NCBI GenBank assembly: GCA_963799775.1 | Contig: CAWCYD010000003.1 | Coordinates: 1,728,001 to 1,792,000, forward strand | Source: an uncultured archaeon | GTDB taxonomy: Archaea > Thermoproteota > Nitrososphaeria > Nitrososphaerales > Gagatemarchaeaceae | Reading direction: 5' to 3' | DNA length: 64,000 bases | In this document: piece after piece, positions 10,221-19,146 of the stretch | Position numbering within the stretch: the stretch's first letter is position 1 | Layout: every line of letters begins with the position of its first letter | Position numbers and translations under genes: made by a program | The notes under the pieces: model-generated | Database searches by the model: none | Told to the model about the DNA's origin: nothing | Seen by the model: the letters and a program-made list of their open reading frames with translations, nothing else

Positions 10221-10268
10221 GCCTCGGAGCACAAGCGACGCATGCCCGAGATCTGCAAGCTGCGCTGA
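10219..10268 (+). repeat. 50 bp direct repeat (orphan nadE 3' end), copy 2
   Basis: Encodes ASEHKRRMPEICKLR*, identical in protein to the nadE C-terminus. Confidence 0.9.
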
Positions 10269-10275
10269 AGCGTCG

Positions 10276-10515
10276 TTAGATCCTGTCTCTCCTTTTTTCC
10301 ATCCGCCTTGCTTCTTCAATCAGTTGGCGCGAGTCTGTGCGGGCGAATAATTTCTTGAGTGATCCTTTCTCTGTCATCGGGTCTGTAATTGGCTTGAGAA
10401 GAATGCCTCCCTCGGCGTCTACGAGCAGGACCCTTCTACCAATCTTGTGCTTCTTCAGGAGCCTGGTTGGAATGGTCGCTTGCCCCTTCTTTGTCACTGC
10501 CGCTATGGTTCGCAT
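10276..10515 (-). CDS. AbrB/SpoVT-family DNA-binding protein (VapB-like antitoxin)
   Basis: MRTIAAVTKKGQATIPTRLLKKHKIG...GGILLKP. Confidence 0.85.
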   Translation of the reverse strand: MRTIAAVTKKGQATIPTRLLKKHKIGRRVLLVDAEGGILLKPITDPMTEKGSLKKLFARTDSRQLIEEARRMEKRRDRI

Positions 10516-10588
10516 CTGTCCTTCGTTGTAACACAAGTTGCAAAGTAATACTTGAACATTGAGTATCACTCGGGCGTGGGTTCGAGTG

Positions 10589-10647
10589 CTATGGGTGTTT
10601 AATACGCCCAGCACCTACATATTTGGTGTAGCGGCAAACGACAATCG
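10589..10647 (+). promoter_or_regulatory. Conserved ~60 bp promoter/leader element, copy 2
   Basis: CTATGGGTGTTTAATACGCCCAGCACCTA...GGTGTAGCGGCAAACGACAATCG; matches the reverse complement of 3014..3073. Confidence 0.7.
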
Positions 10648-12053
10648 GCTGTCTCAAGCAGGCTGAGATTCACCAACCCATTGAGTCGACACTTCAAGGC
10701 GGAAGAAGTGGGAGGCCTACGTTCGCGATCCGCAAGGACCTCATTGAAGACGCAATCGGAAAAAGACTGGAGAATGGGAGGGAGTATGAGATACGCGTCC
10801 GAATAGATGGAATCGGAGACTTCAGGGTAAGGCATCTGGAAAGAGGGGCAAGGCGGATCTCCATCAGGGTGCCAAAGGAGGTGAGGTCGAGTGACCTCAG
10901 GTTCGGCGAGAAGCACAGGTTAGAGATTCGCTCGGTGGAGCAACGGAGAGAGTTCCGTGTGGAAAACGCCAAGGCCGCGGGACCCACGGTGAAGATTTCC
11001 CGCGCTTCAATCGAGAGTTGGGGGCTATCCTCGAGGGCGAAGGCGCAAAACGAGAGACGGGTTGTCGACCTGCACTTTAGTAATGTCTCTAGGCCAGAGT
11101 TGGCGACAAAGCGCTTCTTCGCGGTATTCGACCCAAGAAAGGAAGAGCTGAACCTCCGCATTAGGAAGCCCGGAGGTAGAGCAGGCGACGTCATCAGACT
11201 CGAAGAGAAGAAAGAATACACAATCGAAGCCTTCCTTCAAGACTTTACGAAGCGCAGAATCGACGCGCTGAGCAATGTCACGTTACGGACGCAGAACGAG
11301 AGACTCGAAATCAAGGTGGATGGCAGGATCTTTCCGCTCAGCAGGCCTCGGCTGGATGCTCGGGGCCTAAAAGCGATCCTCTCCGCCAGGATTGGGCGAG
11401 AAGGTGTACCGATCAGGTTCACGTTCGATGGGGAGAAGGCGAGAATGACGCTGTTCGACGACTGCCCTGTCATTTGTCTAAGAGAGGAGAATGGCCTAGC
11501 AATCAGGTACGACCGAGGAGGAGGCGCATCGCGAACATTCAGGCTTCTCGATAGATTCACCCGAGAGTTGTTGGATAATCGAGTGAGGTTGGTCGCCGTC
11601 CCAGAAACCGAGCACGGGACGTTCAGTTTGATTGCGGATACTTGGCTAGGCGCGCACGTCAGAGACAGATTCGCGCGATGCAGTGGCTATGTTTTCTTGA
11701 GCCAGAAGGGAGACGTCTCGGAAGAGATCTGCCGTTATGCTCTGACCCTTACGTCGTTCTGGAGGGAGATTGCCGATCATCCTTACAATACCTCTACGGC
11801 AGGAGGTAGCAGACGGACCGGCCCTGACAGCCTTCAGCGGCTCTCGAGTTCTGGAGAGCTCTTCTACTTCGAGTTCAAGTGGTGGAGCGGACAACAGGCG
11901 AGCTCAGACGGAGAAGCTCGAAGACAGGCGGAACATTATCTCAAACGATTTCCGACCTATCAGGGAGAAAAGATAGAAGGCGTCTTTATCGGGCTCCTTG
12001 ATTGGAATGTCAAGAGCGACAAGCTCGAATTTCACGTCGAACGAGCGATTTGA
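10632..12053 (+). CDS. Protein with a C-terminal PD-(D/E)XK nuclease domain; start uncertain
   Basis: KGDVSEEI...GPDSL...FYFEFKWW. The frame is open from 10632, 79 codons upstream of the annotated GTG at 10869. Confidence 0.65.
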   Translation, partial: RQTTIGCLKQAEIHQPIESTLQGGRSGRPTFAIRKDLIEDAIGKRLENGREYEIRVRIDGIGDFRVRHLERGARRISIRVPKEVRSSDLRFGEKHRLEIRSVEQRREFRVENAKAAGPTVKISRASIESWGLSSRAKAQNERRVVDLHFSNVSRPELATKRFFAVFDPRKEELNLRIRKPGGRAGDVIRLEEKKEYTIEAFLQDFTKRRIDALSNVTLRTQNERLEIKVDGRIFPLSRPRLDARGLKAILSARIGREGVPIRFTFDGEKARMTLFDDCPVICLREENGLAIRYDRGGGASRTFRLLDRFTRELLDNRVRLVAVPETEHGTFSLIADTWLGAHVRDRFARCSGYVFLSQKGDVSEEICRYALTLTSFWREIADHPYNTSTAGGSRRTGPDSLQRLSSSGELFYFEFKWWSGQQASSDGEARRQAEHYLKRFPTYQGEKIEGVFIGLLDWNVKSDKLEFHVERAI

Positions 12054-12069
12054 CTTTGTGAATTGTGAA

Positions 12070-12161
12070 TGGACCGGAAGGGATTTGAACCCTTGACCTA
12101 AGGGAGTTTTTAGCTCTCTCCTGCGTGCGAGGCAGGCATTCTACCACTGAACTACCGGCCC
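12070..12161 (-). tRNA. tRNA-Ala(CGC) with a 20 nt intron in the variable loop (about 12098..12117)
   Basis: GGGCCGG acceptor stem, CCTGC-CT-CGC-AC-GCAGG anticodon arm, AAGGG-TTCAAAT-CCCTT T arm. Removing AGAGCTAAAAACTCCCTTAG restores the AGGTC variable loop. Confidence 0.9.
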
Positions 12162-12315
12162 ACCAATTGGAGCCATAAAGCCCCCGTTATTAAGAGCCTA
12201 GTCCTTCAGGTGCTGTCCAGGCTTCGTTTGGTCTAGCGTGAGATGCACTCGGTACCAAACCACAACTCGACAGTGCCACAGTTTGAGTTGAATTATAGGC
12301 GACCATCAGTCTATT

Positions 12316-12458
12316 TGGTGCGGGTGGCGGGAATTGAACGCACGAACCCATCCTCGTCGATTTTACTCGACTCTGAGGGAGCGGATATCCCACTCACTCA
12401 GCGATGCCAGCCAGATCTTGGGTCTCAGCGCGGAAGCAGCAGGCTGGGCGACGTCCGC
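12316..12458 (-). ncRNA. Degenerate tRNA-Leu(CAA)-like sequence with a long structured insert
   Basis: 5' GCGGACGTCGCCCAGCCTG, CAA loop, 3' TTCAATTCCCGCCACCCGCACCA. Mismatches in acceptor, D and T arms; about 55 nt multi-hairpin insert. Confidence 0.55.
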
Positions 12459-12655
12459 AAGAGCCGAGCCCCGAGCCCCGAGCGCGGTCAAAAAGCCTTT
12501 CGTCGATGTCACTCATGGGTGACTGAACCGAATCTAAAAACTCTATTTTGACTGAACTCACGCTAGCAATCTGTTGGTTATTACACAATTTTGTCATAAC
12601 ATGATTCGTGGAAATGCTATATAGCTCCAATCGCTTCTAGGACTGAGCTTGCTCC

Positions 12656-13003
12656 TTGCCCGATGACGTCGAAGAATCGCCTACGATATTGCTGCGGGTT
12701 GCTCTGCGAAGCCGAGTTCGAAGGCTAGTTCTCTTGACCCTGATGAAACATGAGGACGGGCTTCCAATTTCAGAAATTGCCCGTCAGTCTGGCCTCAGTC
12801 CAACACAAGTTGTAGGCGCTCTGAGAGGCATCAAAGGTAGCTACGATCCTGAGTACTCTCTGCTGAAACTTCACCTAGTCAAAGAAAGAGAATCGAGGAA
12901 TCCCGGAAAGAGGCGGCAGAAAATCTACGAATTCAACTCGAAAAATCTGGTTAGCAGCATTGAGAGAGTAATGGAACGATACAGACAGGCTGGTGAAGGC
13001 TAG
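12656..13003 (+). CDS. Winged-helix transcriptional regulator, EarA/DUF1495-like
   Basis: LRSRVRRLVL...ISEIARQSGLSPTQVVGALRG..GSY..EYSLLKLHLV. Confidence 0.7.
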   Translation: MPDDVEESPTILLRVALRSRVRRLVLLTLMKHEDGLPISEIARQSGLSPTQVVGALRGIKGSYDPEYSLLKLHLVKERESRNPGKRRQKIYEFNSKNLVSSIERVMERYRQAGEG

Positions 13004-13127
13004 CCGTTGCAATCGAATGATTGTAGGTGTTTCAAAATAGAACGATATTCTATACAACTGAATATACGGCTGTGTCAACAACCGCAAGTCTCGCTTATAG
13101 AGTAACATTCTCTATGAATTTCAATGT

Positions 13128-14390
13128 GTGATCTTGAAATACGCCAACGTTCTCAGACATGAGTACTTCAGCATACCTCTGCTCTTTCTATTAGTGGTCT
13201 CTCCGGTTGGGCTGGTTGCTTCGGCGGAAGCAACCGCCACGCAGGCGGCCTGCGCTCAATCGGTTGTCGCCGCAAAGACCACATCCACACCCGTGCCTTA
13301 CAGTTACGATAGTGCAATCTCCTTGGCCGCGACATCTTCCGCATTTCTTGGTTCAATCTCAGGGTACAACGCATCCTTTTCATCCATTGGAACTAACTGG
13401 CGTGAGTCGCCCACCTGCAGCGTATCTTTCATTTACTTTTCGATCACCTACCTACTAAACGCCAGAAACGATTCACAGTACCTCCTAACACTGGGAGCCA
13501 ATCCAGGCACGGGAATTGTATTCTCTGCTGGAATCACACCTGCCGCATATCATTCACTTCCAATAAACCAGACTTCGTCAACTTACTCGGGCTACGCGAT
13601 AGCACAAGACAGCTCGTATGACCCATATGTCAATTATACACAGGTGGGCTGGTGGGTTCCCACTGTACACGCCCCCTCGGGGAACTGTGGGACTGGATCC
13701 GGCAATCCCCCAGGCTGCGAATTGGCCGAATGGACGGGGTTGCAAAATAGTACCTACGATGGAACGAATCATGTTACTACCGGCGAAGTGATTCAAACTG
13801 GTACTGATGCAGAATGCAACAGTACCTGTACATCTGGAAACTACAATGGATGGGCGGAATACTTGAACGGTAATTCGGCCGGAATACAGCAAAATCTCAT
13901 GCACACATGCGCAAATACCATCGCTGCTGGCGATGAGATGTACGGAGAGGTAGCGAACCAGAAAATCATAAATGGCACAACAGGAAAGACATTCTACACA
14001 TATCTCGAGGATTATAGGACATCCACATGGTGTGATTGGCACGTGTCACCATCAACATCATGTGGTTCCTCGAATTGCAAGATTGCCGGCAATGAGAAAT
14101 TTGCCGACTATTTCGCCGAAACCCCACAGATATCGAGTACTTTGAGTTACGAACTACCAAAGTTTAGAGCACCATCTGGAGACGACTTGTTCTTCGGGGC
14201 GGGGATGTACGCCTACAACACGGGAACATATACGTATTACAATGACGGTTACTGGCTGTACTCGTATATGAAGAACTGCGGCCTTCAATGCATACAAAAC
14301 ACATACGTGACTGCGATGAGTAGTAGTGGCTCCCCTCTGTATCAAGCAAGCTTCAACGAAACTTGGAAGAGCAGCCAGAACACGGGGTGA
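13128..14390 (+). CDS. Secreted glutamic peptidase (G1/eqolisin-like)
   Basis: Signal peptide; SSTYSGY, W.VP, EWTGL, VIQTGT (catalytic Q), WAEY, AGDEM, FAETP (catalytic E), LPKF. Confidence 0.7.
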   Translation: MILKYANVLRHEYFSIPLLFLLVVSPVGLVASAEATATQAACAQSVVAAKTTSTPVPYSYDSAISLAATSSAFLGSISGYNASFSSIGTNWRESPTCSVSFIYFSITYLLNARNDSQYLLTLGANPGTGIVFSAGITPAAYHSLPINQTSSTYSGYAIAQDSSYDPYVNYTQVGWWVPTVHAPSGNCGTGSGNPPGCELAEWTGLQNSTYDGTNHVTTGEVIQTGTDAECNSTCTSGNYNGWAEYLNGNSAGIQQNLMHTCANTIAAGDEMYGEVANQKIINGTTGKTFYTYLEDYRTSTWCDWHVSPSTSCGSSNCKIAGNEKFADYFAETPQISSTLSYELPKFRAPSGDDLFFGAGMYAYNTGTYTYYNDGYWLYSYMKNCGLQCIQNTYVTAMSSSGSPLYQASFNETWKSSQNTG

Positions 14391-14517
14391 AACTCCGCGG
14401 TGGGTGCAAAGAGCGGTTGAAGATGGAACCTCGTACTATGACCCACCGGCGGAGCAAGAATCCACAAGCGTAATATTTCACCTCGCAATCTTGATTTAAG
14501 GAGCGATTCCTTCGACG

Positions 14518-15114
14518 ATGCTAGGAAGGTCCAAGCGCCGCACGAGTGTAGTGTTCGCGATAGGCTGCCTTGTTGGAGTCAGCATTCTCTTACTTCTGGA
14601 ATTGATAACATCCCTGATTCCCCTAGGGACTAGGACTACAACGCTAACCCTAACAATGGTACCGCCAACCATGGCCGTAGAACTAGTCAACGACAGCTAC
14701 TCACGTCACATTGTTTCGTTCGAGTCTGGAAACGCCTCGAATGTCATTTCCCAGTATTCGCAAAATGCGACCGTGAAATGGAGTGGAAGAGCATTCTGCC
14801 TCAACGGGATATATGTTGGCCAGAGCTATATCAAGCTCTTCTTTCAGAGTTTTCTTGATCAGACCGCTCCATTTCCAATTATCAGAAACACAAGCACGGC
14901 CATCATGCGCGAAGACAACGGGTCGGTGATTGTAAGTTCTTCTTTCACCTTCTCTTCAAATGGGTCACCAACATATGGAATGATCAACGGCACAGTTCAA
15001 GCTCAAGAGCTGTACGCATACTCCTCGACGGCCGAATCTTGGTTGATTTCTCATGAGACGTGGAATATTACTGAATTCTATTCGCAATATCCACTTTGCG
15101 GCCTGGCAGGATAG
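14518..15114 (+). CDS. Membrane-anchored NTF2/SnoaL-like protein
   Basis: N-terminal TM helix; YSQNATVKWSG...GIYVG...WLISHETW; paralogue of 29071..29739. Confidence 0.55.
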   Translation: MLGRSKRRTSVVFAIGCLVGVSILLLLELITSLIPLGTRTTTLTLTMVPPTMAVELVNDSYSRHIVSFESGNASNVISQYSQNATVKWSGRAFCLNGIYVGQSYIKLFFQSFLDQTAPFPIIRNTSTAIMREDNGSVIVSSSFTFSSNGSPTYGMINGTVQAQELYAYSSTAESWLISHETWNITEFYSQYPLCGLAG

Positions 15115-15835
15115 AATCTAGAAGCAATCTAGACACTCGCGCCAGCCCTCGTCAAACGGATTCACATTGTACAAGACTCGAATTTCGGCTTTCGTGATAA
15201 ATTCGGCTCGTCTTTTCGTGCCTTCCTCGCTTCCTCGCCAGGCAGTAACACAACTTTGACGGTGACTCTGACTCATTCTGGGCAGTTCGAGAGCTGGGTT
15301 GTTTGGCTCTACATTAATAGAACAACATGAGTTCACCAAGGTCAGTTGGCTAGTGCAATTGGGTTGAAGGAGTGCACTGTGCGGGAAGACTGAATCAGGA
15401 TGAGGAAAGCAATCTACAGGACAGTCTAAATTCGACTCAAAATCGGTGCATGGACAAAGGTATAGCCCCAGAATATTTAAGGGCTTATGGCGGACGATTT
15501 CGTAAATTCCTCCGAGCCGGGATGGACTAACAAGATAAAGGACGAAATCCGGTGCCGGTCGACCGTCTGTTTTCGGACGATTCGATCACAGCCCCGGCCG
15601 GCAGCTTCAGCTGACTTGTTGAACTTCGGCAATCGCTCCCTCGGCAGTTTATGAGCGGCCTGCTAATCTTTGCCCTATCCAAGTATTTTAGAGGTAAACG
15701 TATGCGAGATGTCACGTGGACAGGACAGGATTTTTCGTATCTCATGGCGTACTCGTCTACAATCGGTCACGGGAACCCGAGACTATCGTCTTTTCAGTCG
15801 ACTTCCTTATCTTGCTCTTACTCTCGGGTTGAATC

Positions 15836-16388
15836 TTACGTGATGACACAGTCGTTGGGACCCCTCGGTACGAGATTGACGACCACGCTTCCTTGCGAGA
15901 TTACGTATTCAGCGTAAATGGTCCCGTGGGCCGTGCCGTCGCCGGGGTTCCACGCTCCGAACATGAAGAAGACACCGGTGGCGTTCCAGTTCACCGGGAC
16001 CCACCACGGGTTCTGTTGTCCGCCTATGTCGCTTAGGACTGTGTAACCCGGAACGAAAGGCCCCCAAGCTAGCATCCCCCACGTGTAGCCTGAGACGGTG
16101 GTCCTGAACTGCGGACTGGAGATGACGGCAAGATATGTGGCGTTGAGCTGCTGACCCGACATGTTCAGGCCTTGGATGGACCTGGGTGTAGCTGAGCCTC
16201 ATGTTGTTCAGAGGTTGCAGAACTATGACGTCAAGGTCGGAGGTAGTTGTACTAGTGACGGTGTTAGTAGTCAAATTGGTAATCGTGCTCGTAGTTATCC
16301 TGGCTGGTAGGGCTGACCCGATGAAGAAGGACGCCGCGATTAAGACGACGATAACTGAAATCCAAATCGCCCTTCTTGCTGAAAGCAT
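15836..16388 (-). CDS. Membrane-anchored secreted hypothetical protein (frameshifted)
   Basis: TM helix plus Thr-rich linker in one frame continues into the 15836..16162 frame. Confidence 0.55.
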
Positions 16389-16485
16389 ATTTTCTAGACC
16401 TCTTACCGAGGTTTCCCAAACTCAAGTTGCATTCTGACTACGGTCAGCAATCGTAGCGGCTGGTTATTAAAACAGCGAAAGCGAA

Positions 16486-16987
16486 TCAGTTGGCAGGCCT
16501 AGGCTTCCGAGACAGCTTGGTGCCGCAGACCCCGCAGACAGACCTCTTCGTGTCGAGATACTCCTTGCCGCACCCCTTGCAATAGGTCACCCAGGTTATC
16601 CTCTTCCACTCGCCGCGAATCGCCGTCTCGGAGAGGCTTATCCCGATGACCTCGGCGACGTTCCGCACCGCAAAGTCGTCCGTCACGAGTATCACGTCCT
16701 CGCCGCGCTTGGACTGCACGAGGTCGAGCGTGACCGCGAGGATCGACGTGTCGGCCTCTGAGAGCGATTTCTTGTCGCCGGTTTTGCTTGAGGCCTCCTT
16801 CACGCGCTGGATGGACTCCTTCGAGGGCTCTGTGACCTGGACCCTGGAGTGGATGAGCTGAGCGCCTATCCCGCGGCCCCTTACCTCGTCGATGGACCTG
16901 GTAGGTCGTGTAGTATTTTCCTTCCCCCTGGAACGGGATGCCCGCGTAAAAGGCAGTCGAATCCAGGACGTGAATCTTTCCATTCAA
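16486..16987 (-). CDS. nob1: Nob1 ribosome-maturation endonuclease (frameshifted)
   Basis: VLDSTAF PIN start, LSEAD, TDDFAVRNVA, CKGC...CGVCG zinc ribbon. Confidence 0.88.
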
Positions 16988-17253
16988 AAGCTTGCTTTCA
17001 CTGTCAAAGTCAGGCAGACTAGGCTCGCATCTGCGCCGTCAGATCGCGCTCGCTGGCGACGTTCCGCTCAGCTGGATTCCGGAGTACCCTTGCAATCGCA
17101 TTCCTACCCTTTTCATCGTCTAATAAATAATCTGTGAAGCGGTCATCTATCATTCTAAGCATGACGCGATAAGACGTCCGGGCGCGTTCCGAGCCTCCTT
17201 TGACCCGCCAAGGCTTTAATTACCGAGTCGGGAAAGTCGTGGGAAGGGCGCTT

Positions 17254-17654
17254 TTGAGCAGACCAGCAGACCTCGGCAGCTTGAAGGAAGGGAGCTACAT
17301 CATCATCGACGGCGAGCCTTGCAAGGTGGTCGAGGTGGAGAAGAGCAAGCCAGGGAAGCACGGGAGCGCGAAGGTCAGGCTCACGGGGATAGCGATATTC
17401 ACCGGCTCCAAGAAGACCGTCATCGGGACGGTCGACACGCACATCGAAATCCCGATGATTGACAAGAGGTCCGCGCAGGTGATCTCTGCGACACCGACGA
17501 GCGTCCAGCTGATGGACCTGGGTCATTCGAGGTCACTGAGAGCCAGAACCCCACGGAGCCGGAGTTGCAGGGGAAGCTCCAGCCGGGCGTGGAGGTCGAG
17601 GTCTGGGTCGTCCTCGGGCGCAGCAAGATAATGCGCATAAAGGGCTCCGGCTAG
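17254..17654 (+). CDS. eif5a: Translation initiation factor 5A (frameshifted)
   Basis: KSKPGKHGSAKVR hypusine motif. Confidence 0.93.
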
Positions 17655-17681
17655 ACAATCAGCAGCTTGCATAACCACTAA

Positions 17682-19049
17682 GGTTCTGCTATGTTGCCTG
17701 AACACGCGTATGGGCAGATAAATAGTCATTCAACCCTCAATATTGATTGGCGCTCCTAGCGAGAAAATCGGTCAAACAGACGCTGTCTTCCGGGCCAAAT
17801 CCCTCTAGTCGGCTGCTCTCCCTCATGGAAGACTTCCGTCAGATGACCAACGACTGCATCCGAATCGGCCTAGATTACGAGAGCAAGAATAGAGGAGGAA
17901 CGGTGTCGATGAACAGACTCTCTGCTCTAGCTTATCAAGAACTTAGGACTCGATACGGAGGATACTCGCAATATGCACTGTGCGCTATATCCAAGGCGGC
18001 AGGTATCTTGTCAGCAAGGCGAAAATCGATCAAGAGAGGGATCAAGACAAAGAAGCCCTATCTCTCGAAGCCAGTCCTCGTCTCGTGCTATGGGTTCAAA
18101 GTCGACATCGATGCCGGTACACTCACAATCCATCTCGATGCACATATGACAGAGACAATCCAACTCAATTCGCACACCAAGATGGTCCTGCGTTCGGCGA
18201 AAGAACCATCATTGCCCGTGATTATCAGGTCATTCACACTCACACCAGAGTCATTGTCTCTCTGCATCTGCAAAAAAGTGGATGAAATAGAGGCAACAGG
18301 CACAATCGGGGTCGACAGGAACCTCAGGAACATCGCGGTCGGGAATGAAGAATCTGTGACCCTTTATGACGTGTCAAAAATAGTCGAGATAGGGGAGAAC
18401 ACGAGTAGCATCGTCGGCTCGTTCAAGAGGGATGATGATAGAATCAGAAAGAAGATTGAATCGAAGTACGGGAAGAGAAGGAAGGAGAGGGTTGATCAGA
18501 TGCTCAACAGGGTTTCGAAGAAAATAGTTTTGGAAGCCAAGGAAAAGAAGCAAGCGATCGTCTTCGAGGACATCAAAGGGATTAGGAAGCTTTACGGGAA
18601 AGGGAACAGCCAGAGCAAATCGTTCAGGTACAGGATGAATTCCTCTTTTCCTTACGGCGAGTTCGAGCGCGAAGCAAAGTACAAGGCACTATGGGAAGAG
18701 GTGCCTGTGTTCACTCTGACGAAGAGCGAGACGAGAGGCACGACCCTGGATTGTCCACGATGCGGGGAGAGACTCCAAGTGGCATCGAGGTGGGATGAAA
18801 AGCATCACAGGCAGTTGTGGTGCCCAAAATGTAAGAGATGGGCAGACAGGGATGTGATCGCTGTCCTGAACATCTCGCATAGGGGGCTGCTGAGGTTCCG
18901 CAGTTCAAAAGGCGAGGTAGGTGAAGCAGTGAATGGGAATCCGCGGAAGGAATGGAGTTCGCAAGAACCGGTAATCCTACGAGTCGATGCCTCGAAGCTA
19001 GGTATGAAAGGACGTGCCCCGAAACATGTCCAGACAACTTGACAGAACC
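17682..19049 (+). mobile_element. Stand-alone tnpB element with short GGTTCTG...CAGAACC inverted ends
   Basis: Lower-GC insert between eIF5A and dph6; 7 bp inverted termini; no transposase gene. Confidence 0.55.
17747..19042 (+). CDS. tnpB: TnpB (IS200/IS605/IS607-associated) RNA-guided nuclease
   Basis: RuvC-I IGVDRN, RuvC-II IVFEDI, CPRC...CPKC zinc finger, RuvC-III DRDVIAVLNI. Confidence 0.92.
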   Translation: MALLARKSVKQTLSSGPNPSSRLLSLMEDFRQMTNDCIRIGLDYESKNRGGTVSMNRLSALAYQELRTRYGGYSQYALCAISKAAGILSARRKSIKRGIKTKKPYLSKPVLVSCYGFKVDIDAGTLTIHLDAHMTETIQLNSHTKMVLRSAKEPSLPVIIRSFTLTPESLSLCICKKVDEIEATGTIGVDRNLRNIAVGNEESVTLYDVSKIVEIGENTSSIVGSFKRDDDRIRKKIESKYGKRRKERVDQMLNRVSKKIVLEAKEKKQAIVFEDIKGIRKLYGKGNSQSKSFRYRMNSSFPYGEFEREAKYKALWEEVPVFTLTKSETRGTTLDCPRCGERLQVASRWDEKHHRQLWCPKCKRWADRDVIAVLNISHRGLLRFRSSKGEVGEAVNGNPRKEWSSQEPVILRVDASKLGMKGRAPKHVQTT

Positions 19050-19146
19050 ACTATTAATGACGGCTCCGGACCGGATCTAGCTCTAGATGAGGTCAACGGA
19101 AGAGCCGTCTGAGGACGTCCTTTGACGAGATCCAATACCGATAGAG

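Noticed and set aside
15115-15835. Short ORFs in the intergenic region
   Set aside because: Only fragmentary coding-like remnants with no supportable product.
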